A stretch of DNA of 63,458 bases, the filler included, from Globobulimina sp. (Eukaryota), in NCBI GenBank assembly GCA_003354225.1. It is 24 parts of 24 records of this genome, joined end to end, with 100 filler letters (N's around TTAATTAATTAA, not from the genome) between each part and the next. Parts side by side here need not be neighbours in the genome. Positions count along the whole stretch, not along the records: positions 1 to 2,550 come from PIVH01006042.1; positions 2,651 to 5,199 come from PIVH01006043.1; positions 5,300 to 7,848 come from PIVH01006044.1; positions 7,949 to 10,497 come from PIVH01006045.1; 20 more parts are not named here. One strand, written 5' to 3'. Under the pieces are notes generated by a model. The model was not told the DNA's origin and did no database searches. It worked only from the letters and a program-made list of their open reading frames with translations. Made by a program: the position numbers and the translations under genes. Below are positions 1-10,597 of this stretch, piece by piece (positions within the stretch are counted from its first letter, which is position 1; every line of letters begins with the position of its first letter).

Positions 1-212
1 TGATTTATATAAGATCAATTGTGTGTATGTGTGTATTTGTTTTTTATTATTTTTGTTTAAAACACGAAATATAAGCACAGTTTAGGTGATGATCGCTCTA
101 TGACTATGATTCGACGGACTGTATCTTTACTTAGATCAAGCGCGTTGTTTTTAGGTTTTTGGCGGAAGTGGTTTTAAAAAGTAAACTAAATATAACAATG
201 TCGATCCACTGG

Positions 213-1486
213 CTATACTTTGGGGACAGGTTTTTCCTTAAAAGGTGTATATAGATTCTCTCTTAATATAACATCAATTTTTTGATCACCTAAAATAACA
301 TCATTTCTAGCCACAGCGGGCCATACAATATACAATATATTTTTGCAATTTCTATCCGACCCCAACACTCTTTTATGATATCTTTCATCATAAACTATAT
401 CCTCCGCACACCTCCATTGCAATGGTTTAATATCCAATGCTGGATCTTGCAAAATCATCACCCAACAAACCTATATATTTGTATCATAGCAGTCGCATCA
501 TACAAATGACAAAAACATACTTCGCTGCATTCAATAATATATTCACATAATCCATTCTTTCCTTCCTCATTCAAATCCGTTAAATAGTCCGAATATTTGT
601 CGGTTATTAAGCGCAACACATTGGACACCAAATCTTCCTCTTCTTGTTTGCTCTCATCCATTCCATTAATATTCAAATGTTCATTTTCCTGATTCACATT
701 TTCCAGCCGAGGATACAATTTCTTCTGTAACACAAACTTAAAATTATTCTTAAAATATGGTCCAAATATATTTGACAATAAACGTATTTGATGTTTTTGT
801 ATAATGGGCGTCGATGAAGTATCATAAATGTCATTGATATCAAAGGACTCTGCGATGGCATTCTTCATATTCAATATATTTGCAATCCGGTCGTAAATCT
901 GTAACCGATAACTTTCTAAATACGTATAACATTCACACAAAATGTCAAACATAACCGCATGGACAATTTGGTTAATAAAATATTTTTGCCATTTGTTATT
1001 TTCATGTCGTTTCCGAATAAATTTCTTAAGCAAAGTGGAAGTATCATGATGTTTTTGGTCGCGAATGCTGCGAAATTGCTGTATGGTCTCTTGGACAGTG
1101 GGGAATTTTTGCTGTACGCCCACCACCGAAGTCATCTCAATGATGGTTTTCTGAGCAGCGGCCAACTCTTTTTTTAATTTGTTGATTTGTAACTGATCCA
1201 TTCCATTGTTGCTATGCTGCCGTAAGTCATCCATCTGTTGTTTGTATTGTTCGTTTTCTGTTAGTAAATGCTCGCAATCTGCTTTTAATTTGGAATTCGT
1301 TTCTACGGTGTTTAGGGTTTCAAGTTTATAGTTTTCGTATTCTTGCCTGATTTCATTATGATCAAATTCAATTTGTTGACGTTTTTCTGTTTCCGCGTCA
1401 TATTTTGTTTGGATTTCGGTGAGTTCAATCTGGGCGTCATCGCCATTGATATTTATCTCGGTGGTATTGCCACCTTCATCTTTCAC
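213..1486 (-). CDS. Coiled-coil protein with C-terminal Mieap/SPATA18-like domain; intron 471-520; 5' exons unresolved
   Basis: A 50-nt GT-AG intron joins the two ORFs into YIIECSE-VCWVMILQDPAL...YDERYHKR..GSD...YIVWPAV, matching the Mieap C-terminal pattern (CWxMxxQDPP...YxVWPAL). Confidence 0.7.
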
Positions 1487-2014
1487 TAAAATTTGAACAT
1501 CTTCGTCACTGTCGCTGTGGTTGTATTTTATATTGTTTTTGATATTAATTTCTAAATTTTTCAGAGATTTTCAAATAAAAAAAAGGAATAACTGTTGTGA
1601 ATCATCGCCGCTATGCATGTAATCTTTTCTGTTGATTACCAAATCGTTATCAGTTTGTACTGGTTTTAAAAAATAAAATGCTAACAATGAATTAGTAAAA
1701 CACCATGTAACTGATACTGTTTTGTTGTTTTGTTTATTATTATTGTTTTTTTTGGAAATATGTAAATAAATTAACCGATTCCAATTGCTTCTGTGGACCC
1801 GAAATCATCATTGTTAATTGGCTTGTTGTTATTTAAATGCATTGTGTGTTATTCAAATGAATAAAAGATTGTAATACAAACCACAAATACTAAGATGAAA
1901 ATGATCAAAATGAACACAACATTGCACCCACCGATAATAAGGAACTTCTTAGTTGCCATTTAGAAATCTTTTTTAGGGGATTAAATAAAGTAAACAGTTT
2001 TTTGGTTGGCGTGA

Positions 2015-2550
2015 ATGATGGCGGATGATAACAAGGAAGAAAATAAACAACCTAACGATAGAGCCAATATTAGCAAAACATATGCTGATATTCAATTTAA
2101 TAAAGTTGGGGATCAATATACGGTGATGGTCGAATACCATTCAAATGCAGAGTTGTTATCCCTTCAATTAATAAATCAAACAACGAAAAATGTGTATAAA
2201 CAGGATTTTGATAAAGAAAATGTACATAAAATCACTGATGGATGCAAATTAAAACCACATTTAGTGGTTAAGATGATCATTGATACGCTAGCATCAAAGG
2301 AATTAACTTCCAAAAATGTAAGAATGTTTTTATTACCAAATATTAAACAAGGTTTGTTGTTAACTTTGTTACTGTATTCCATGTTAATTATATGATTTAT
2401 ATCGCTATCTGACACATAATCACATATATGCTACAACATAGATCCAAACTCATACATTCTGCGGTCGAACTACAAGCGTGAGCAAACAACTCCAGTAATC
2501 ATGGCCACAGAAGAAGAACATAAGCTTATCAACGGACAAACCAGTAAGAC
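2015..2550 (+). CDS. Partial protein with CCDC61/VFL3-like (XRCC4-superfamily) head domain
   Basis: YTVMVEY..LLSLQLINQTTKNVYKQDFDKENVHKIT...KMIIDTL resembles the CCDC61 N-terminus. Probable intron about 2352-2442; runs off the contig end. Confidence 0.45.
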
Positions 2551-2650
2551 NNNNNNNNNNNNNNNNNNNNNNNNNNNNNNNNNNNNNNNNNNNNTTAATT
2601 AATTAANNNNNNNNNNNNNNNNNNNNNNNNNNNNNNNNNNNNNNNNNNNN
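2551..2650. other. Artificial contig linker (44 N + TTAATTAATTAA + 44 N), repeated 23 times
   Basis: Identical 100-bp spacer with stops in all six frames, starting at 2551, 5200, 7849, 10498, 13147, 15796, 18445, 21094, 23743, 26392, 29041, 31690, 34338, 36986, 39634, 42282, 44930, 47577, 50224, 52871, 55518, 58165 and 60812. Intervening contigs shrink from 2550 to 2547 bp. Confidence 0.99.
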
Positions 2651-4003
2651 ATTTGAGCAATCTACAACAGTCAGTCACGTTTTTTTTTTTTTTCAAGGAT
2701 GTACATAAAAATGGGCGAGAAGTTTGTACTTGGAAATTAAAAATATCGATTCCGATTTTGATTTGAAACAGTTTCCCCAATGTCATATAAACATTACCTT
2801 TGGCATAAACGACATTCCATTTTGCTGCATCTTGTCTCAAATCTATGCATTCGATGACATTTCCAGTCAATGACGCAACACATAAAATATTTTTATTTTC
2901 CTCATGCCATACCACCGGATAACAGCCATGTTTTTCATTGGTTGACGGCAGCCGATACCATACATTTTGTGCAATATCATAGCATTCAAATTTATTCAAA
3001 CTATAACCATATCCATCCTGCCCACCAACTAGAAAAATATTGTTTTTATGTTTATCATAAAACATTCCACATTTTTGCCTGGGATATATAGCATTTTTCA
3101 ATGACATCCATTGACCACTGTTGAAATCATAACATTCTGTCCGTTTCATCGCTGGTCTTGCAACAGTACTTTGCGAATATGACGCTGGTCTTCCATATTG
3201 ATATCCGCCCATTGCCATCAATTTATCCTCGCCGCCTCCAATGATGACACAGCATGGATGTTGTCGACTAACTTCTGTTTTGGTGATGTTGTTCCATTTC
3301 CATTCATTTCCATCAATGTCCTCTGTTCGAAAGGACAATGTATGAACATTCATAAATTTGTGCGATTTTTCATGTCCACCAATGGCTATTAATCCGTGTT
3401 TGTTTGAGTATATTACAGAGCATCCTTTGTATTGCTTCGGTAACGACGGCAACTTCCATTTATAACCAATAATTTCTGCAAAAGACGCTAACTTCAGAAG
3501 TGTTTCCATATGCAATGTATCACAAATATACCTTTTTTGTCGTGATGGTGGCAAAGGAGCTTGGCATAGCAACTCTGGTCGCATTGGAATATGACATCAA
3601 TCTCTCTTCTTAGTTTGTGTTGGAGTGGCGATAAAAACTTGTTTTTCGCAAATATTACATTACTTTTACAGCATATGCCGCCATCCAGAAAATCAATGCT
3701 CGCCGCAATGGGAAGTTGTACCGTTTCATCTGTTATATCAAATATTTTACATTTATAATTTGCAGTTTGTTGGTTGATATACAATGTTTGAACGTCTTCA
3801 ATGTCAATATCAGGAGAGATATATATTCCGCTCGGACGTTTAACATGTTTTCCGGCAATGTTTATAAACCATAATTGTTTGGCGACTTCAAGATAATATT
3901 TGAAGATCAGCATTGTGATTACATCAGGGATTATTTGTTTGCGCCCCAATTCTCTACGCCTGACATAACCATCTACCAATAGGTTTGTTGTGACTGATGT
4001 CAT
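2651..4003 (-). CDS. Kelch-repeat beta-propeller protein; intron 3476-3531
   Basis: GG-containing Kelch repeats (LIAIGG, LMAMGG, IFLVGG ... YD...W). A 56-nt GT-AG intron joins ORFs 3494-4003 and 2595-3584 (DKK-E-IIG). N-terminal LLVDGYVR..IIPDVITMLIFKYY motif. Confidence 0.85.
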
Positions 4004-4513
4004 TTTACCTTAACAGGCTTGGGCAGTCTAGCTAGAAAAATGGCAACGTCATCTTAATTGACTGCAAAACAACAACCCTGCCGTATAATCGAACACGAAA
4101 AAAAGCTGCTTGAAAAATATTTCTTTTGATGTATGTGTTCCTTTAAGTGTTGTGCATTTAAAATCAAAATTTCAACGAGATATGTACATACAATATATTG
4201 AAATAACACAGTATGAATTGATGAGTCAGCAAAATATATCTAAAATGCTCTTATGTCTTCGCCTCAAAATATCCATATGTCCAAATCTATCCTTGCACAA
4301 ATGTTTTGATTATGGTACTCTGCATTATTCTATGAACAGAACAATTTCTATGAACAGAACAATTTCTAAGATTTGTTTGATTAAAATTGTACAACTAATA
4401 ACATAAAAAAATTATCACATCAAACAAAATAAATAATATTAAGTCTAGTTTTTAGAAAGATAGAATATTTATTTATTTACTTAATTATTGATACTAATTC
4501 TTCCGTATTATAA

Positions 4514-5199
4514 TTAAATTAAATTTTTCAACATTTCTTGTTCACTCACTACAGAGACATCTGTATCGTCGACAATATCATATTTAACGCCTTTCACTTT
4601 TCTTCTCTTTGACGTTTTACACACTTTGCATACGGAAAGAACCCATCCAACGGCAACCACAATAAATAATGTAAACAAAATAATCGATACAACCATTGCC
4701 ATTAAGATTGGATTATTAAAATAATTAACGGATTGGCCATCCGGTGCAATTGTTGTAAATCTTAATAAAAATTTGAATAAAGAATTATAAACAAATCCAT
4801 TATCGCTGGTCATTACATATTTATACACAATCAAATTATCATCAAAATATTTTCTTGTGATTAAACAAACGGTTTCTGGCATTGATCCGACGCCGGGAAT
4901 GTTTCTAAATGTTAACAACATACAATAACTAATCTCCAAAGCATCAGCTTCATCAGAAACAAGTTGTGTTGTGGCACTGCCAACTTTTGAAACTGAACCA
5001 TCAGTGACATGATTCCGTAACATATTCACTAACTGCATAAATTGGCCATATCCAAATTCATGTCCATCGATAACAAAATCTAATGAAGAACTCCATCCAC
5101 CGTCGGCTTTTCTATATGCCGCCACACTCTTTATATCTCTGTTCAAAAAATCTACCATATTATCACTCACTAAATTGCCAAATGCTTGCAAATCTTCAT
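4514..5199 (-). CDS. Single-pass membrane protein, 5'-truncated, function unknown
   Basis: 225-aa ORF open to the contig edge, with a hydrophobic helix (ILMAMVVSIILFTLFIVVAVGWVL), basic stop-transfer and acidic tail with YDIV. Confidence 0.7.
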
Positions 5200-5301
5200 N
5201 NNNNNNNNNNNNNNNNNNNNNNNNNNNNNNNNNNNNNNNNNNNTTAATTAATTAANNNNNNNNNNNNNNNNNNNNNNNNNNNNNNNNNNNNNNNNNNNNT
5301 G

Positions 5302-5472
5302 CCACATTTGCCCAGTTTGGAGATCCGCGAAGGTGCCATCGATAATTTATTGAAGTTTTACAAGTCATTTTTGCCCAAATTCAGAGGCTTTTTGACTGAA
5401 AATGGAGGAAAAGTCAACTGGCAGCGCGCCGGCGTCTTGTTGCAGAAATTGGGCGATCGCCACTTAAAATAA
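5302..5472 (+). CDS. XRN-family 5'-3' exoribonuclease fragment (XRN2-like), ending early
   Basis: Not in the ORF track. Translates as PHLPSLEIREGAIDNLLKFYKSFLPKFRGFLTENGGKVNWQRAGVLLQKLGDRHLK*; LPHLPSLEIREGAID is a conserved XRN2/Rat1 motif. Confidence 0.8.
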   Translation, partial: PHLPSLEIREGAIDNLLKFYKSFLPKFRGFLTENGGKVNWQRAGVLLQKLGDRHLK

Positions 5473-6217
5473 ACCGAACAAAAAAATGGAATTTAAATTG
5501 AGGAAAAAGAAATGGGAATTTGGTGGCCTTTTCATCGCCATCAAAAAATGAGAAATTATGATGATGATGATGACCTAGTGCATGGTCGTCGTTATCTTAC
5601 TTTGTTTTTGGATTTGTTGCTTGTTAATTTTATTATTTTTGTATTGCGAAAAAAAAACGAATCTATACGTTCTATTTCCTAACAGTCAGATATCTCTCCT
5701 TGCGCTGAGTTGCACACAAACAAATTTATTTTATCACAGGAAACTATAAAAACAAATAACCAGAAGCAAGAGAGGTCACAAAATCAATTATTAATTTCAT
5801 TCATTTCGTTGTGGTATAATGCCACTAAATTCACCTTTTCTTTTTTCAATTTTTTTTTGTGTTTGTGTTTGTGTTCGAAAATAGAAACGATTCAATCCAT
5901 CCAAGTGTATAAAATTATTTTGAATGAATGATGATGATTTCTCATATTCAATACATACATCTGATGAATTCTCATTTATTATGTGTTGCAATGAATTAAT
6001 TTTGATGCGTTTGAGGTTGCCATATTTCTCTCTTTCTTTTCCCAAATATTTCATCTGTATCGATATCGCTGTCGCTTCAGGATTTGAACCTGAATCTTCT
6101 GAATTAATCCAGTGCTCTGCTTGTTTAGACATAAGTAGATTTTAAATGTAACGGTCTCGAAAAAAACTTAGTTGGACATAGTCTAATAAAGCCACAACTT
6201 ACTGAACTTAGCAAACA

Positions 6218-7802
6218 ATGACATTCTCAGTAATGCTATGGACGTTGTTACTATTGCAATTTACTCCTACCGCAACTGCTACGGAGCCCCCTGACGGTCC
6301 CCCTGACAATCCTCCAGTGGCTCTATGTGACACTGTTACTGTCGTTTTGGATGCAAATGGTGTGTATGATATTGCTCCTTCCGATTTTGATGCTGGTTCA
6401 TATGATCCTGATGGTGACCCTATTACTTTATCATCGCCTAATTGTGATGCGGGGACGAGAACATTTACTTGTGGGGACGTCATTTGGTCATTTCTATGCG
6501 AATTGGTTGTTGACGCAGGAGGGGCGTCAGCTTCCTGCATTTCAAATGTGTCTCCAGTGGATGGTATGTGTATGTTATATCATGTAATATCATACAAAGT
6601 ATTTATGTTTTTGATGTACACCCAAATATTATTTATAGTAACACCTCCAATTGCAATCTGTGGAGACATCCACCCGCAATTTGATTGTGGAGAAACAGAG
6701 AGATCTGTATGGAACTTCGACTTCGATGCTGGTTCATCGGATGAGTGCGGCATTGCGACTATGGATATTACTGAATCCACCGTATCATATCCAGGACATA
6801 ATGGAATTACAATGACTGTTACGGATCCGAGTGGAAATTATGCAGAATGTATTGCAGCAGCTTATGTGGCAAGTATGTCGGCTAAATAATATTTAATATA
6901 ATTATATTTATGTTGCTATACATTGCATTGTTTAATTTGTTGCTATAAATGTACAGCCTCTCCATCCGCTGTGTGCCAGGATATTACTATTGAAACTGGA
7001 ACAGAAATTTGCCCAAACGATATTGATAATGGTTCATCAGATCTTGATGGAGATCCAATTACTTTGACGTGGACAGGACCTACGTTTACAAATTCCAATG
7101 CTTGTTTTTCACCGACTGACGTCGACGTGGGGACGAATAGTTATACATTATTTGCCAGTGATGGTACACATGAATGTGAGTGCAGTGCATCTGTGACCGT
7201 AGAAACCGCAGCGCCAACAACCGCCGCGCCAACAACCGCATTGCCAACAACCGCATCGCCAACAACCGCATCGCCAACAACCGCATCGCCAACAACCGCA
7301 ACCCCAACAACCACATCGCGTAAACACTATAAGTTTAGTAACACATTCTGACGAATTTTTGTATCCATTAAACCAAACGTATTGTGTTTGTACTGCAAAT
7401 ATAATATACGGTGACATATAAACAGTATTTGCTAACAAATTGTATTTTATTTTGTATATATACAGAAATAAAAGAAAAAAAACTTTTGAAAGTGAGGTAG
7501 AATCAGCATCTGAAGGATCTGAAGAAGAATCTGGTGCACAATCTGAAGAATCTGGGGAAGAGTCTGAAGAGTCTGACGAAGCTGAACTGTTTGCATATAA
7601 ATATTTGGGTAAAACGGACACGAATGTAAATGATGCAAAATATGATTTGATATCAGCACATTTTAATGATACCACATTATGGAATTTTGGGGCAATGTTT
7701 ATTGTAATTATTTTAGTAAATATTGCAATGTGTTTTTGTTTTTCTTGCATTGCAAAAAATGATTCTAAAAAATCACAAAATGATAAATTATCATTTGTGT
7801 GA
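6218..7802 (+). CDS. Type I surface protein: signal peptide, three HYR-like repeats, PTT stalk, acidic linker, C-terminal TM; introns 6564-6638, 6873-6956 and about 7320-7465
   Basis: Repeats PPVALCDTVTVVLDANG..DFDAGSYDPDGDPITLS / PPIAICGD..DFDAGSSDECGIATM..MTVTDPSGNYAEC / PSAVCQDITI..DIDNGSSDLDGDPITLT. The first two introns splice in phase 1; the phase of the third is unresolved. Confidence 0.8.
7205..7318 (+). repeat. 15-nt coding tandem repeat, about 7 copies (TAxPT mucin-like stalk)
   Basis: ACCGCANNNCCAACA units visible in the sequence. Confidence 0.9.
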
Positions 7803-7948
7803 TTAATTTATGTATTATTTTTTCTCGTTATTTATATTTCAGTTTTTTNNNNNNNNNNNNNNNNNNNNNNNNNNNNNNNNNNNNNNNNNNNNTTAATTAA
7901 TTAANNNNNNNNNNNNNNNNNNNNNNNNNNNNNNNNNNNNNNNNNNNN

Positions 7949-8443
7949 GTCCTTCGCAAAAAAGCCGCCTTTATCTAATTCCACTTTGCGTTGTCTCTTT
8001 GCAAAGGCTCCCTCGATTTGCGCAATGGTCTCAATGTCGTATTCTTTCCATCCATAATCATCTTTCCATTCCCATTTCCCTTGTAAATTATCCACCAAAT
8101 TCTGTAATTCGGGGTCTAAGGGAGGATCTAAGGGCGGCGAACGTTTTATGGGCCGTTTATAACCAGAATTGGTATTTGTTTGCCGCGCTTGATGCACAAT
8201 GGGGTGCTCAGGGTCGGCACAGTCGACGATGAGAACACAGGAATAGACTCCTTTGTTCTTTTGTAGTCCAAACCATGGCCCTGCGGATAAATGGACTTCG
8301 ATTGGGCCTTTGGTTTTGGCAGCCACTGCTTCGGCCAATCTGCCCTCGATTTGTCTGGATGTGTGATCGTCGAATTTGGTGTATCCGCCGTGGTCTGGGT
8401 CGTCCCATAACCATATTCCTTCAGAGTAACCACTGGCAGCCAT
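7949..8443 (-). CDS. Tandem WWE-domain protein, 3'-truncated
   Basis: WLWDDPDHGGYTKFDDHTSRQIE and WEWKDDYGWKEYDIETIAQIEGAF match the WWE consensus. Confidence 0.8.
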
Positions 8444-8646
8444 TGTTTTATTGCAAACAAAAAATCAACTTTCAACCAATAAAGATAAAAATGTAAGATG
8501 ATTAAGAAACGCATTTATATTTTATACCAACTCACCATATATATGTTTCATAAAACGATCAGTCGTTCAATTTGTATGGAACGCATGTTATTTGAAATTA
8601 TGAGAGGTTTATATAATAATAATCAAAGTTAAATTTATCTGTTATA

Positions 8647-9726
8647 ATGACAAGTTTCCATCAAAAATATCGCGATGTAAATGCGCGGAGTGGTGTGGAT
8701 CCGGTGCAATTGACATTGGATCATGTATCTCCAGCAACACTATTATTGGAAAAACGTCGGGAAATGCTGGAAATCCAACAAGCATTGGATTCGCAAAAAG
8801 AAGAATATGGTCGGAAACAAGGAATGTTTCGTCGAAGAGAGCAACAATTAAGGAAAAAAGATTTAGAATTACAAGAAAATCTGTGCCAATTCAATAAGTT
8901 TTTAAAAGATAAATCCGATAAAAGGCAACAATATCTGAAAAAATCTGAAGATGAAAGACGGATTAAATTGCAGAAAGATAAAGAAATCCAACACAAGCAT
9001 TTTGAATTAAAAAATATTATAAAAATATGCAACGACTTAGAGTTAGAATTTGAGGAACATGAGAAATACGAAAAATATCTGGAAAAAATAAAACAGAAAT
9101 CATACCAAGAATTTCCGGAAATAGAATATATTCTGAAAAGATATAATTTGTTAAATGATGCAAGGAAATCGTTGGAATTGAAAGAAGAATCATCATCAAA
9201 GGAATTAGAAGCACTACGTTTGGAATTGCAGGAATATACAAAAGAACAAAATAATAAATATCTAGACTTAAACAACGAAAAGCAACGTTTACAGCGGATA
9301 TTAGAAAATTCAATCAACGAATTAAATGAATTACAATCGGAGTTATCGAAAATTGTGTTGACAAATACAAACAGAAATCGTCAGTTGGGACAATTAATAA
9401 TGTGTTCCAGAAATGTTTATTCGCGGTGCAGACATTTTTTGCGAGGAATACATCATTTTCAAGATTTAAACATTGATGAAGATGATGAAAATAATACTAA
9501 TAATAATATCCCAAATGATGAAAATAAGAATCTGTTAAATGACCAAACTACTTTATCAGCAACAAACAAGTCACAAGAATCCAACGATAAAATAATCGAT
9601 ATCGATGTTGAAAATGTTGATGGAGTTTTGATAAAACATGAGATCTCGCAAAAGTTACAAATAATAGCCCATTATATCAAAGATTGTAAGCACATCGTGT
9701 CCCAATACGAATCAAATAATAAATAG
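8647..9726 (+). CDS. Cilia/flagella coiled-coil protein of the CFAP73/CCDC42 family (DUF4200)
   Basis: DHVSPATLLLEKRREMLEIQQALDSQKEEY...LQENLCQFNKFLK matches the family N-terminus. Complete, intronless 359-aa ORF. Confidence 0.85.
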   Translation: MTSFHQKYRDVNARSGVDPVQLTLDHVSPATLLLEKRREMLEIQQALDSQKEEYGRKQGMFRRREQQLRKKDLELQENLCQFNKFLKDKSDKRQQYLKKSEDERRIKLQKDKEIQHKHFELKNIIKICNDLELEFEEHEKYEKYLEKIKQKSYQEFPEIEYILKRYNLLNDARKSLELKEESSSKELEALRLELQEYTKEQNNKYLDLNNEKQRLQRILENSINELNELQSELSKIVLTNTNRNRQLGQLIMCSRNVYSRCRHFLRGIHHFQDLNIDEDDENNTNNNIPNDENKNLLNDQTTLSATNKSQESNDKIIDIDVENVDGVLIKHEISQKLQIIAHYIKDCKHIVSQYESNNK

Positions 9727-10430
9727 TCAAATATAGAACGCCCAAAATTCAATTTTGAAGACTACACATCTTAAAAGGAAGAAGTTAATAAACTAAAAAA
9801 TATATGGTGCGCAATTAATTATTTTCCCATTGTAAAAAATTTTTCTTAGCCTATCTTGACGTTTCTGTAAACGTTTCAGAAACAATTGTCAGATAAACAA
9901 ATTTAAACGGATTGGTAGGTTTGTTTTAGCAAACAAAGGATGGGGCTTTTCCTAAAATTATGAGCATGATAAAAAATAACAGTTTGCATAATTATTACAC
10001 ACATCCACATATTACCGCTGGTAATGTGTATGTTGCTACATCGTGCGTATAAAAATGCGACACAAAAAATTCGAGCGGCGGATCCAAACAGAGCCCAGAG
10101 ACATTGGCTCGTATTGGAAAGATATCGCATGATCATTTAATGGACGGAACAGTATCGCGATTTAAGACTGATAGATTGAGAGATAAGGCATATTCCATTG
10201 GTTCCACCCTATAATGTGAAGACTGCCGTGATTCGGACGGTGGCTGTGGCTGTGGCTGTGGCAAAGAAGCATGTCGTATCATCCATTGATGATACATGGT
10301 ATTTGTCTTTCTTGTGGAAAAACTGTCAAAGTGGTTATGATTGTGACTGTCAAAAAATGACTTCTTTGTTTTTTATTTCATATTCTAAATGTATATAAAT
10401 ATATTTTAGCAGTGATTAGATACTCATAGG

Positions 10431-10497
10431 ACGAATCAAATAATAAATAGTCAAATATAGAACGCCCAAAATTCAATTTTGAAGACTACACATCTTA
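10431..10497 (+). repeat. 67-bp exact direct duplicate of 9707-9773 at the contig end
   Basis: ACGAATCAAATAATAAATAGTC...CTACACATCTTA occurs at both positions. Confidence 0.95.
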
Positions 10498-10597
10498 NNN
10501 NNNNNNNNNNNNNNNNNNNNNNNNNNNNNNNNNNNNNNNNNTTAATTAATTAANNNNNNNNNNNNNNNNNNNNNNNNNNNNNNNNNNNNNNNNNNNN

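Noticed and set aside
3494-3584. Apparent frameshifts between adjacent ORFs here and at 458, 47127 and 48419
   Set aside because: All are explained by short canonical GT-AG introns.
4329-4367. 18-bp tandem duplication TCTATGAACAGAACAATT
   Set aside because: Simple local slippage with no other copies seen.
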